Source: an uncultured Thermodesulfobacteriota bacterium (lineage in GTDB: Bacteria > Desulfobacterota > Desulfomonilia > UBA1062). From it: a stretch of 64,000 nt of DNA. The notes beneath the pieces were generated by a model, which saw only the letters and a list, made by a program, of their open reading frames with translations, did not search any database and was not told the DNA's origin. Positions within the stretch are counted from its first letter, which is position 1, and each line of letters starts with the position of its first letter. The stretch spans positions 136,106 to 200,105 of the forward strand of contig CALOBW010000055.1 of the NCBI GenBank assembly GCA_942491525.1. The letters are read 5' to 3'. Below are positions 39,092 through 48,680 of the stretch, piece after piece. The translations under genes and the position numbers were made by a program.

Positions 39092-40080
39092 GTTGTTATC
39101 TTAAACCAAGAGTTCTGATTACGGGAGCAGGAGGTTTTCTCGGCAGTTCTATTTGTTGTAGGCTTTCTAGTGAGATGGTCGTAATAGGCCAATATTTGAC
39201 CAGGAAGCCTGTTTTTCCTGAAAGTGTGATCCTTGAATCGTTTGATATAAATGACTCTGAGTCAGTAGGTAAGATCGTTCGGAAGCATTGTCCTGATATT
39301 GTTATTCATTGTGCAGGAATTGCACATCAGAAAGCTGGTTTATGTCCGATGGATACATACATGCGGGTAAATAGCCTTGCTACAGAAGATTTAGCCCGGA
39401 AAGTAGTAGATGTTAATCCTGATGTTAAGTTTGTTTTTTTATCATCGGTTAGTGTTTATGGAGAACATCACATTGTATCTAATGGTAATGGGGTCAATGA
39501 AGATAGTAAATGTTATCCCTCTGGGGCTTATGCGCAAAGCAAAGCTGATGCAGAGAAACGGTTGGTTTATCTTTATGATAAAGGGATACTGAAAAGTCTG
39601 GATATTTTCAGGCTTGCGCCGGTTTATGACAAGGAGTGGAGTTTTAATCTTGAGCGTAGAGTTTTTGCTCCGAATAGGCTTGTATATCTTCGCTTTGGTA
39701 GTGGTACCCAGAGAATGTCTGCATTGGCAAGGCCAAATCTTGTGGAATTTATCCTCTATATGATTAATGATATTGGTTCCATTCGGGATCGAAACTTGCG
39801 GATTATTAATGTAAGTGATTTGCAACCCTATATGTTTAATCAAATTATCAGTGTTTTCAGGGATTCAGGTGTTCGTTCCGGTCGGCCAGTTATACCATTG
39901 GCGTTATCTCCTATCTGGGTTGCAACTCGTTTGATAGGGTTTGTTTTATTTTGGAATCGTCAGTGGTGGCATGCCTGTTATGATAAGCTTGCTGGTGATG
40001 TGGTGTTTGATAATAGTAGAATGTTGCAAACTGGGTTTTATCCTAGGCGGTCTTTGGAAAATATTTTTAGGGTTATTTAA
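39088..40080 (+). CDS. NAD-dependent epimerase/dehydratase family protein (UDP-sugar 4-epimerase-like)
   Basis: VLITGAGGFLGSSI Rossmann motif, YAQSK catalytic YxxxK. Confidence 0.75.
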   Translation: MSCYLKPRVLITGAGGFLGSSICCRLSSEMVVIGQYLTRKPVFPESVILESFDINDSESVGKIVRKHCPDIVIHCAGIAHQKAGLCPMDTYMRVNSLATEDLARKVVDVNPDVKFVFLSSVSVYGEHHIVSNGNGVNEDSKCYPSGAYAQSKADAEKRLVYLYDKGILKSLDIFRLAPVYDKEWSFNLERRVFAPNRLVYLRFGSGTQRMSALARPNLVEFILYMINDIGSIRDRNLRIINVSDLQPYMFNQIISVFRDSGVRSGRPVIPLALSPIWVATRLIGFVLFWNRQWWHACYDKLAGDVVFDNSRMLQTGFYPRRSLENIFRVI

Positions 40081-40081
40081 T

Positions 40082-41092
40082 ATGTTTGAGTGTGAATGGT
40101 TAATTTACATATTTTCTTTAATATTAGGTGCTAGTGGGGCTCAGCTTGTAGCTGATTATGGAAATTGTTTGGGTTTAGTGGATTTGCCGACAGCTAGGAG
40201 TTCGCATGTTAATCCAACGCCCAAAGGTGGAGCAGTTGGTGTTGTGGCAGCCTTTATTGTGTTTGCTGTTGTGTTGAAGATATCTGGTTTGTTTTGGTTT
40301 CCATGTGTGGTTTTGGCTATGGTGAGTTTGTTAGGTGATAGGCGAGATATTTCCCCCAGGATTCGTTTGGCGGTACAGTTTGGGGCTGTCTTTTTTGTGT
40401 TATGTGGGTTTGTAATGGTTGATGGGATGGTGTTGCTCGGAGAATTATCATTGCAAACAATTCCACTGTTCTTGTTTTTTTCGGTATTTATAGTTGGTAC
40501 AGCTAATTTCTACAACTTTATGGATGGTATTAATGGTATAGCTGCCATAACGGGTGTTGTGGGGTTTGGGTTGTTGGCTGGTTTTGCATACAGTAGAGGA
40601 AACCAGATGGCTTCTGGTTTGAGTCTTGGGTTGTTGTTTGCTTGTCTTGGTTTTCTTCCCTTTAATATTCCGTCTGCAAAAGTTTTTATGGGGGATGTAG
40701 GTAGTATTCTGTTGGGATTTGTTTTTGCTTGCCTGGTAACGCTCTTGTCAGAAAGCTGGCTAGATTTCATGTGTCTTGCGGCATGCCTCTTTCCTTTCTA
40801 TGCGGATGAAATTTCGACAATGGCCTTTCGTATAATGGATCGGGAATCTCTTGGTAGGCCCCATCGTCGTCATTTGTACCAGTTGTTGGCAAATGAATTG
40901 AGAATTCCTCATTGGAAGATATCTATAGGTTATGGATTATTGCAATTGTTAATGGGTGTTAGTGTTTTATATGTTACTAATATAGGGAGGGGGGTTTTGC
41001 TATTATTGTTAAGTGTCTATGTAGTTTGTTTTTCTTTGTTTTCGGTTGTTGTTCGACATAAAGTGGCTGCTATTGATGTCAATTTGATATAA
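40082..41092 (+). CDS. wecA: undecaprenyl-phosphate N-acetylhexosamine-1-phosphate transferase (WecA/WbpL, MraY family)
   Basis: Start moved to ATG 40082, directly after the upstream stop. DLPTARSSH, NFYNFMDGINGIA, VFMGDVGS motifs of MraY/WecA family. About 10 TM. Confidence 0.85.
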   Translation: MFECEWLIYIFSLILGASGAQLVADYGNCLGLVDLPTARSSHVNPTPKGGAVGVVAAFIVFAVVLKISGLFWFPCVVLAMVSLLGDRRDISPRIRLAVQFGAVFFVLCGFVMVDGMVLLGELSLQTIPLFLFFSVFIVGTANFYNFMDGINGIAAITGVVGFGLLAGFAYSRGNQMASGLSLGLLFACLGFLPFNIPSAKVFMGDVGSILLGFVFACLVTLLSESWLDFMCLAACLFPFYADEISTMAFRIMDRESLGRPHRRHLYQLLANELRIPHWKISIGYGLLQLLMGVSVLYVTNIGRGVLLLLLSVYVVCFSLFSVVVRHKVAAIDVNLI

Positions 41093-41158
41093 GTATTGAG
41101 GGGTAGTTTGCTAAAGATAGTATTAGTTGGATGGCTGATGTTAAGAGGACGATAATAG

Positions 41159-43084
41159 ATGCACCTATTAAAATATAAAAATTTCTGGTTTATTTTGTTT
41201 CTAGACATCTGTGCCGTGGTTTTGTGTTTTATTCTTGCCTTTGGGTTGAGGTTTGGCGGTGATGTTGGGCAGCTTGATGGGCAGATTACTTCAGTTGTAT
41301 TGCCTCTGGTTGGTTTGAAGATGATAGCATTCTTTACTTTTGATCTTTATAGAGGGATGTGGCGTTATGCTGGGGTTAATGATCTAATTAATGTCATCAA
41401 AGCATCTGTTGTTGGAAGCTTCCTTTTTGTAGTCTATATGGCGATGTTTCACCATTTTGAGGGTATGTCTCGCTCGGTATTGATTGCTGATTGTATTTTT
41501 ACAATTGTTGCTGTTGGAGGTATTCGTCTGGGTGTACGGGTCTATTATCAGCGTGATCCCAAATTTCTGGAAGATATTGTGTTTTGGCGGCGGTCAATGC
41601 GTGAAGAACATCGGGTATTGATTTTAGGTACTGGTGCCCTGGCTGAGCAGCTCTATCGCGAATTATGCCATAGTACTGTTAAGTTTTATAAGATCGTAGG
41701 TTTTGTCGATGAAGGTGGCTTTCATAAAGGTCTTAAGATTCACGGAGTTCCAATCGCCGGTAATTTAAAAGATATTCCTCGTTTGATTGGATATTATTCT
41801 GTTAATGAAGTCATGGTTGCCTCAACTTCCTTGATGCCTGAAATTGTATCGAAATTGGTAGATGTGTGCTCGGCCGCTGGTGTTGAGCTTAAGACCGTTG
41901 AGCCGCTTGGTGATCGCTCGGTTGATAATATTGCTAATAATTTGAGATCAATTAAAGTAGAGGATCTACTTGATCGTGAACCTGTTCGTCTTGATATGGA
42001 CTTGGTGCGCCAGGAGATTGAAGGTAAATGTGTTCTTGTAACAGGTGCGGGTGGGTCAATTGGCTCTGAATTGGCAAGACAGATTTTGAGTTATCGACCG
42101 AGTACGTTGGTACTATTGGATAATGCAGAAACCCCATTGTATCGGATTGATATGGAGCTTCAGAATCTGGAGGCTCAGACTGTCGTGATTCCCTGCATAG
42201 GTGACGTGCGTAGCTCTAGAAATTTGGAGCGTATTTTTAAGAAGTTTAAGCCTGAATATGTCTATCATGCTGCAGCCTATAAACACGTGCCTATGATGGA
42301 GATGGCACCACTTGATGCGGTTAATAATAACATTATGGGCACCTATAAGCTTGCTATGGTTGCCTGTAAATATCACGTAAATAAATTTGTCATGATTTCA
42401 ACTGATAAGGCCGTGCGTCCCACATCTGTAATGGGTACAACAAAACGGGTGGCAGAGATGGTTGTCCAGAGCATGAATGGTAATGGCACTCGTTTTGCTG
42501 TTGTGCGATTTGGAAATGTCTTGGGTAGTAATGGAAGTGTGGTCCCTTTATTTGAACGTCAGATTGCTGAGGGGGGGCCGGTGACTGTCACCCATCCTGA
42601 TGTGACCAGATATTTTATGACCATCCCTGAGGCTGTACAGTTAGTTTTGCAGGCAGGGTCGATTGGTCAGGGGGGGGAATTATTTCTGCTTGATATGGGT
42701 AGTCCTGTAAAAATTATCGATCTGGCTCGCAAAATGATTCGGTTGGCTGGAAAGGTTCCTGAACGGGATATTGAGATCGAGTGTGTCGGTTTGCGGCCAG
42801 GTGAAAAATTGTATGAAGAACTTTTGATAGACGATGAGGGTGTTGTTGACACGGCGTATGATAAGATAAAGATTTGTAATAGTAGTTGTGGTGTGGATGA
42901 GGAGAAACTTTATGCGGCGATTGAAAAGTTTAAGTTGTTAATCGAGAGTTCTGGTGATCAAAGTTTAGCAGTCAGTCTACTTTACAAATTAGTGCCAGCC
43001 TATGAAGAGCAGGTTCGTATGATGGATGATCGGTTAGTTTTGGCTCCTCAGCCTCTGATAGAACGAGAGGAAATTACGGATTAG
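41159..43084 (+). CDS. wbpM: membrane-anchored NDP-sugar 4,6-dehydratase/epimerase (WbpM/PglF/CapD family)
   Basis: Four N-terminal TM helices, two Rossmann domains (ILGTGALAEQ, VLVTGAGGSIGSEL), YKHVPMME, VMGTTKRVAE. Confidence 0.9.
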   Translation: MHLLKYKNFWFILFLDICAVVLCFILAFGLRFGGDVGQLDGQITSVVLPLVGLKMIAFFTFDLYRGMWRYAGVNDLINVIKASVVGSFLFVVYMAMFHHFEGMSRSVLIADCIFTIVAVGGIRLGVRVYYQRDPKFLEDIVFWRRSMREEHRVLILGTGALAEQLYRELCHSTVKFYKIVGFVDEGGFHKGLKIHGVPIAGNLKDIPRLIGYYSVNEVMVASTSLMPEIVSKLVDVCSAAGVELKTVEPLGDRSVDNIANNLRSIKVEDLLDREPVRLDMDLVRQEIEGKCVLVTGAGGSIGSELARQILSYRPSTLVLLDNAETPLYRIDMELQNLEAQTVVIPCIGDVRSSRNLERIFKKFKPEYVYHAAAYKHVPMMEMAPLDAVNNNIMGTYKLAMVACKYHVNKFVMISTDKAVRPTSVMGTTKRVAEMVVQSMNGNGTRFAVVRFGNVLGSNGSVVPLFERQIAEGGPVTVTHPDVTRYFMTIPEAVQLVLQAGSIGQGGELFLLDMGSPVKIIDLARKMIRLAGKVPERDIEIECVGLRPGEKLYEELLIDDEGVVDTAYDKIKICNSSCGVDEEKLYAAIEKFKLLIESSGDQSLAVSLLYKLVPAYEEQVRMMDDRLVLAPQPLIEREEITD

Positions 43085-43205
43085 TTTGATCTAAACGATG
43101 CGTAACTTGAGGCTCTCTGCGTCAGTAGGGGGCTTTTCTTGTATGTGAAGTTGCGTATCGTAGGGGGCTATGTTAATCACAAATAAAGTTTTATGAGGAG
43201 CTTGT

Positions 43206-44786
43206 ATGAACAATTCAGCGTCTGCAGATATAATGCCCAAGGTTGCTGTCGTTGGCAGCGGATATTGGGGTAAGAATTTAATACGCAATCACCATGAATT
43301 AGGCTCACTTTGGGCTATTTGTGATACAAATCAGGATGTTTTGGATGGATTTGCTGTTCAGTATCCAGGGGTTCGGTGTGAAGCTAATTATCAGCAGTTA
43401 CTGGCAGAACCTGAATTAGATGCCGTAGTGTTGGCTGCCCCGGCCGCTATGCATTTTTCACTAGCTCGTGAAGCCTTAACCGCAGGTAAGGATGTCTTTG
43501 TTGAGAAGCCCTTAGCGCTGGATGTGGTGGAGGCTCAGGAACTGTCAGATCTGGCAATAGAAAATAACTGTATCCTTATGGTTGGCCATTTGCTGCAGTA
43601 TCATAGTGCTTTTATAAAGTTGAAAGAGCTGGTGGCCGGCGGTGAGCTTGGTCGAATTAACTATATCTATTCCAATCGGTTGAGTCTCGGGAAGATCAGG
43701 CGTGAGGAGGATATTCTTTGGAGTTTCGCTCCGCACGATATTTCTATGATTTTGTCTCTGGCAAAGGATCTGCCCGAGTCGGTGGCGGCGATCGGCGGCA
43801 ACTACCTGCATAAAAAGATTGCTGATGTAACAACTACTCATTTGGAATTTTCCAGCGGCTTGAAAGCCCATGTGTTTGTCTCCTGGTTGCATCCATTCAA
43901 GGAGCAAGTACTGGTTGTGGTTGGCGACAAGAACATGGCCGTATTCAATGACACCCTGCCTTGGGATCAGAAACTGCAGCTATATCCTCATGATATCGCT
44001 TGGGATAACGGAGTGCCGGTGCCCAATAAGAAAGATGCGGTTAAGGTTGAATTAAAAGAGAGTGAGCCTCTCAAGGATGAGTGTCGGCATTTTCTTGATT
44101 GCGTTAGTGAACGTCGTAAGCCAGTAACCGATTCGTTGGAGGGCATGGCTGTACTTAAGGTTCTGAGGGCCAGTCAGGAATCATTGGAGCAGAACGGAAA
44201 ACGAATTTTCCTGCAATCTGAGTTGCAGAACGAGCCAGAATATTTTGCACACGAAAGCGCTGAGATTGATGCCGATGTTTCTATTGGTAAGGGAACTAAG
44301 ATTTGGCATTTTTCACATGTACTTGGACACTCTGTAATTGGTGAAAATTGTAACATAGGTCAGAATGTTGTGATTGGACCAAACGTGAATATTGGTCGGA
44401 ACTGCAAAATTCAGAACAATGTCAGCGTCTATAAAGGCGTGACCCTTGAAGACGGTGTTTTCTGTGGACCGTCGATGGTCTTTACCAACATTTATAATCC
44501 ACGGGCCGAAATCGTCAAAATGGATCAGGTGCGGCCGACTCTGGTTAAGAAAGGGGCCAGTATCGGGGCCAATGCCACAATAGTTTGTGGCGTGACTCTC
44601 GGCAGCTACTCATTTATCGGTGCCGGAGCGGTTGTTACAAAGGACGTACCGGACTATGCATTGATGGTCGGCAATCCGGCAAAGCAGAGCGGTTGGGTGT
44701 GTCGTTGTGGTGAAAAACTATCTGATTTGAAGTGTTGTCAGTGCGGTATTCAATATTATCTGGAAAAAGATGAATTGAAGTGCTGA
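43206..44786 (+). CDS. fusion of WbpB/WlbA-like Gfo/Idh/MocA UDP-sugar 3-dehydrogenase with WbpD/WlbB-like left-handed beta-helix N-acetyltransferase, plus C-terminal Cys-rich zinc-ribbon tail
   Basis: N-terminus [12 protein letters not shown]...EKPLA (Gfo/Idh/MocA). Residues ~350-500 hexapeptide repeats [31 protein letters not shown]. Tail [16 protein letters not shown]. Confidence 0.8.
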   Translation: MNNSASADIMPKVAVVGSGYWGKNLIRNHHELGSLWAICDTNQDVLDGFAVQYPGVRCEANYQQLLAEPELDAVVLAAPAAMHFSLAREALTAGKDVFVEKPLALDVVEAQELSDLAIENNCILMVGHLLQYHSAFIKLKELVAGGELGRINYIYSNRLSLGKIRREEDILWSFAPHDISMILSLAKDLPESVAAIGGNYLHKKIADVTTTHLEFSSGLKAHVFVSWLHPFKEQVLVVVGDKNMAVFNDTLPWDQKLQLYPHDIAWDNGVPVPNKKDAVKVELKESEPLKDECRHFLDCVSERRKPVTDSLEGMAVLKVLRASQESLEQNGKRIFLQSELQNEPEYFAHESAEIDADVSIGKGTKIWHFSHVLGHSVIGENCNIGQNVVIGPNVNIGRNCKIQNNVSVYKGVTLEDGVFCGPSMVFTNIYNPRAEIVKMDQVRPTLVKKGASIGANATIVCGVTLGSYSFIGAGAVVTKDVPDYALMVGNPAKQSGWVCRCGEKLSDLKCCQCGIQYYLEKDELKC

Positions 44787-44801
44787 TGTCTGAGGGCTGA
44801 G

Positions 44802-46259
44802 ATGGACAGACGACCAGCCGCATCGTTTATGAAGAATGCCTTTAAGCTTGCCTTCGGCAGTAGCTTTGCGCAGCTGCTGGGGCTGTTGGTTCTTCCGATT
44901 CTTACGAGAATATTTGCACCTGATGATTTTGGGATTTTTGCAATCTTTATATCGTTGACTGGTTTGCTGGGTGTTGTGGCGTGTTTGCGGTATGAGATGG
45001 CCATAATGTTACCTGAGCGTGATGAGGATGCTGCCAATATTGGGGTACTTTGTATCGGTCTCTCTTTGGTAGTTTCTCTTGTTCTTGGCGGTATCTTGGC
45101 GTTTTTTAAAGAACCACTCTTTGTTGCGATTAAGGCTGAGTCTTTTTTGCCCTATGTTGCATTAATACCTGTCAGCGTGTTCTTTTTCGGACTCTATCTC
45201 TCCTTGAACTATTGGAATACTCGATTTAAACGGTTTGGTGGCCTGGCAAAGGCTAGGATTGTACAGTCTTCGGCCAGTCAATTGGGTAAACTGTTGTTTG
45301 GTCTGTCTGGAATGGTTGCCGGTATCTTTTTGGTTATACCGCATCTGTTTGGGCAGGTACTTTGTGTCGGTTATCTGTTTTGGGATACCATAAAATCCGG
45401 CAGATTGAGTCTACTGAAGAGTGTAAGTTTTGAGAAAATATTTGAGAATGCCAAACGGTATAGGCATTTACCTCTCTACGGTACATGGTCTGCTTTGCTG
45501 AATACCGCATCCAATCAGGTGCCGCTTTTGATTTTGGCATATTACTTTACAACTCAGGTTGTCGGGTATTTCTCTCTCAGTTTTCAGGTACTGAGCTTGC
45601 CGATGCTTTTGTTGGGCACGGCAGTCGGTCAAGTTTTTTTTCAGAGAGCTACAGAAGCGCTCAGGGAAGGCGCTTTAGCGGTAACAGTTGAAAAGCTCTT
45701 GGTAGCTTTAGTTACATTGAGTATTGTGCCATTTTTTGTGTTGGGCATTGCAGGTGGTGATCTTTTCAGCATTGTGTTTGGCCCACAATGGACCGCCGCC
45801 GGATTATATGTGCAGCTATTGAGTGCCTGGGTGTTCCTCGTCTTTGTATCAACCCCATTGAGTACTATCTTTGATGTATTGGAAAAACAGAGAGTATTTT
45901 TGGGGTGGAATATCTTGCTTTTTGTTACGCGTGTGGCAGCTATGTTGGTGGGCGGCATTGCCGGCAGTCCTAAACTGTCTGTTGCGTTATTCGGCTTTGT
46001 AGGGGTGTTGGATTATACGTTGTTGATTGGCTTGATTGTCTATTATAGTTGTGCCGATATTTCCAGGATTTTGGCAGCTTTCAGTAAGCCAGTTCTAGTT
46101 GCAGCCCCTTTTTGTATATTGCTGTATATTATTGGACTTTTGCCTTTAGCTGGAGTGCAATTATTGTTATTGTTAGGAATTATGTTGCTAATATACTATG
46201 GGGTTTTGTTTAAGGTTACAGGATTAGAAAACTTAATGCGACAGGTCGTTCTTAGGTAG
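44802..46259 (+). CDS. wzx: O-unit flippase Wzx (MOP superfamily polysaccharide biosynthesis protein)
   Basis: KLAFGSSFAQLLGLLVLPILTRIFAPDDFG N-terminal signature of Wzx-type flippases. About 12-14 TM. 485 aa. Confidence 0.7.
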   Translation: MDRRPAASFMKNAFKLAFGSSFAQLLGLLVLPILTRIFAPDDFGIFAIFISLTGLLGVVACLRYEMAIMLPERDEDAANIGVLCIGLSLVVSLVLGGILAFFKEPLFVAIKAESFLPYVALIPVSVFFFGLYLSLNYWNTRFKRFGGLAKARIVQSSASQLGKLLFGLSGMVAGIFLVIPHLFGQVLCVGYLFWDTIKSGRLSLLKSVSFEKIFENAKRYRHLPLYGTWSALLNTASNQVPLLILAYYFTTQVVGYFSLSFQVLSLPMLLLGTAVGQVFFQRATEALREGALAVTVEKLLVALVTLSIVPFFVLGIAGGDLFSIVFGPQWTAAGLYVQLLSAWVFLVFVSTPLSTIFDVLEKQRVFLGWNILLFVTRVAAMLVGGIAGSPKLSVALFGFVGVLDYTLLIGLIVYYSCADISRILAAFSKPVLVAAPFCILLYIIGLLPLAGVQLLLLLGIMLLIYYGVLFKVTGLENLMRQVVLR

Positions 46260-46267
46260 GGGTGTAA

Positions 46268-47506
46268 GTGATTAGATTGAAAAGCCAACAGGATCTGAAG
46301 AGCGGTGTTATGCAGGCACTGATCTTTATGAATTTACCTTTTTTGATGTTTATGATTGTGGCCATGATGTTTCAGCTTGTTAGACTAGAGACATATGATT
46401 CCGTCAAAATGGTTGTTCAGTTGCTCTCTTGTGGTGGGATATTGGTTCTACTTGCTATGAGTCTTGGTGATATTTACAAGAATTGGCAGTTCTTTTCATA
46501 TTTCTATGTGTTTGTTTTGATGTTGATATGGTTGTCCATTGTGACCCTGGTTCATTCTGCTGTACAAAGTGGCTCAGTCTTGCGGTTGAATTTGTATGTA
46601 ATCTATCTGTATATTGTTTATTTTATAGTTGGTTGTGGGGTTCTGAGCGAGAGAAGTCGAGCTTTAGATTTGCTGGCTGGTGGGCTGTGGATTGTAGCTG
46701 CTTTCTTGATTTGTCAGCATGTCGATTGGAGTAACCTTCGTATTAATATGTCACTGGTCAGAATTGATGCGCGGGCCATACATCTATATCTGGGAGATAT
46801 GTTTGCTGTTGTTTCTCTTTACTTGATCTGTTCACGAGACCGATTTTGGCAGCGATATCTGTTGTGGGTTGCTGCTGTTGTGATGGTATTCATAATTGGC
46901 TCTCGTACATCTTTTTATGCCCTGGTGGCTGTCTTGCCGCTGACAATTGTTTTCGGGCGGGATTGGAAGGCTTTCGCAGGATTTGCCTTGACGTTGGCTG
47001 TTGTTGGTGTGCTGGGGATGGTATTTCTTGGCGATGATTACCTCAAGAGTCATCGGATGCTCTCGTTTGTCTTTACCGGTTCAGATCATAACTTTGCAGC
47101 GAGGGGGGATTATTTTGTTGAAGGTATGCGCCAGCTGTGGAGTAACTGGTTCTGGGGTGATTATGCAGGTCAGCTACATCAAGGACGAGGTATTGGCTTT
47201 TATATTCATAATTACTTTTCAATTTGGCGTCAGTTTGGACTGATTCCCTTTGTGCTGTTTTTGTACATGGTTGGAGTATCTTTGAGAATAATTGCCGAAG
47301 GTATTAGAACATTCAATGATGGTCGTTTTAAACTGTTTGTCCTGTTAATGGCTTTTTGTTTGATTGAGGTGGCCTTTTCAAGGGCATATATGTTTCCGTT
47401 TATATTTATACCGCTGGGAATGGGTGGGCGTTTTTTGATTGAGAAGTACAGAGATGATTCTGTGAGTGGGGGAGCCGTTGCAGCGGATACTTTATCTGAC
47501 GTTTAA
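46268..47506 (+). CDS. polytopic membrane protein, O-antigen polymerase (Wzy)/ligase-like candidate
   Basis: 412 aa, 10-11 TM helices with a larger loop near residues 270-320 (FFWGDYAGQLHQGRGIGFYIHNYF), Wzy-like organisation. No strong family motif. Confidence 0.5.
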   Translation: MIRLKSQQDLKSGVMQALIFMNLPFLMFMIVAMMFQLVRLETYDSVKMVVQLLSCGGILVLLAMSLGDIYKNWQFFSYFYVFVLMLIWLSIVTLVHSAVQSGSVLRLNLYVIYLYIVYFIVGCGVLSERSRALDLLAGGLWIVAAFLICQHVDWSNLRINMSLVRIDARAIHLYLGDMFAVVSLYLICSRDRFWQRYLLWVAAVVMVFIIGSRTSFYALVAVLPLTIVFGRDWKAFAGFALTLAVVGVLGMVFLGDDYLKSHRMLSFVFTGSDHNFAARGDYFVEGMRQLWSNWFWGDYAGQLHQGRGIGFYIHNYFSIWRQFGLIPFVLFLYMVGVSLRIIAEGIRTFNDGRFKLFVLLMAFCLIEVAFSRAYMFPFIFIPLGMGGRFLIEKYRDDSVSGGAVAADTLSDV

Positions 47507-48677
47507 TGATCCATATGCCTCGCCCGGTGTTAACCGTAAGGAACGGGAGTTCTGTGCGCGCATGGGCAGTGTCTGTGCTGAGCATGGCATTGAATTTAAG
47601 GGTGTTGATGTATTTACTCCTGAGTATTCCAATGGCAAGTCGCGTCAGGATTCTGAGTTCTTTGAACATCATGAGGTGACCAATTGGTTGCACAGGATTT
47701 TTATGCATGTGCGTTTTGTGAGGGCGCTTTTCAGGGTTCGACCACTGGTTGATGCCGCCTATAGGTTGATTGATGAGTATGATCCGGATGTTTTGATCTG
47801 GCGTTATGACATTATTAATCTGCCGGGAGTTTTCTATCCCAAGAGATATAAAAGGGATCTGGTGCTGATTAGCGAACATCAGACAAAGGAGCCGGAGGAG
47901 TTGGCCCTTAATCTGATCGGCCGGATTAAGATGCCGCTTTTGCGTCGTTATGAGCAGCAGTTTGCCCAGACAGTGGATGCGGTTGTGGGTGTGACGTCTG
48001 AGATTGCAACCTATGAAGTTGAACGCTTCAGGCCGGATTTGCCGAGTCATGTTCATACCAATGGCATCAATGTGGCGAGCTGTAAGGTTGCGGATTATTC
48101 TGATTTTGACGGCAAAGTGTTGCGTATTATCTTTGTGGGCTCGGCCACTGCGCCGTGGCATGGAGTGGATCGCCTGCTGCAGGGGCTGGCTGGTTACAGT
48201 GGAGATGTTAGGGTTGAGTTGCACATGGTCGGTGTTGCGACAGACGAGACAGTTGCTTTGGTGGATTCGCTCGGGCTCAATGATATGGTCGTCTATCATG
48301 GGGTTCAGTATGGCGCGGATCTGGATGCAATTTTTAATCAGGCCCATCTCGCTGTAGGTGCCCTGGGTTTGCATCGTCAGAACCTTAAGTATGGTTCTAC
48401 CCTTAAGGTCAGAGAGTATATGGCGCGCGGCGTACCCATTGTGATTTCGCATATTGATGAGGATATTGCTCAGGACTTCCCGCTGTGCCATATTGCGCCG
48501 GCGGATGAGTCGCCCCTCGATATAGAGCGTCTTGTGGAGTTTGCCCGGTCCGCCTATTCAGATGTTGGTGCGGCGATTCCGCAAATTATGCACCGCTATG
48601 CTTCAGAAAATATGGACTATGAGGGCAAGGCCAGCCGTCTGCTGGATTTTGTCAAAGAGGTCGTGGGAGAGAGCTGA
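47466..48677 (+). CDS. glycosyltransferase family 4 (GT-B); intermediate-GC gene at the compositional junction
   Basis: GT4 C-terminal STLKVREYMARGVPIVISH region. Start uncertain (ATG 47466 overlaps upstream gene by 41 nt). The antisense 361-aa ORF over the same DNA was judged a shadow ORF. Confidence 0.7.
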   Translation: MGEPLQRILYLTFNDPYASPGVNRKEREFCARMGSVCAEHGIEFKGVDVFTPEYSNGKSRQDSEFFEHHEVTNWLHRIFMHVRFVRALFRVRPLVDAAYRLIDEYDPDVLIWRYDIINLPGVFYPKRYKRDLVLISEHQTKEPEELALNLIGRIKMPLLRRYEQQFAQTVDAVVGVTSEIATYEVERFRPDLPSHVHTNGINVASCKVADYSDFDGKVLRIIFVGSATAPWHGVDRLLQGLAGYSGDVRVELHMVGVATDETVALVDSLGLNDMVVYHGVQYGADLDAIFNQAHLAVGALGLHRQNLKYGSTLKVREYMARGVPIVISHIDEDIAQDFPLCHIAPADESPLDIERLVEFARSAYSDVGAAIPQIMHRYASENMDYEGKASRLLDFVKEVVGES

Positions 48678-48680
48678 GTC

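Noticed and set aside
47406-48491. 361-aa minus-strand ORF overlapping the GT4 gene
   Set aside because: No recognisable motifs and a biased, odd amino-acid composition. The + strand frame over the same DNA encodes a clear GT4 C-terminal domain. This is a typical antisense shadow ORF in GC-rich DNA.
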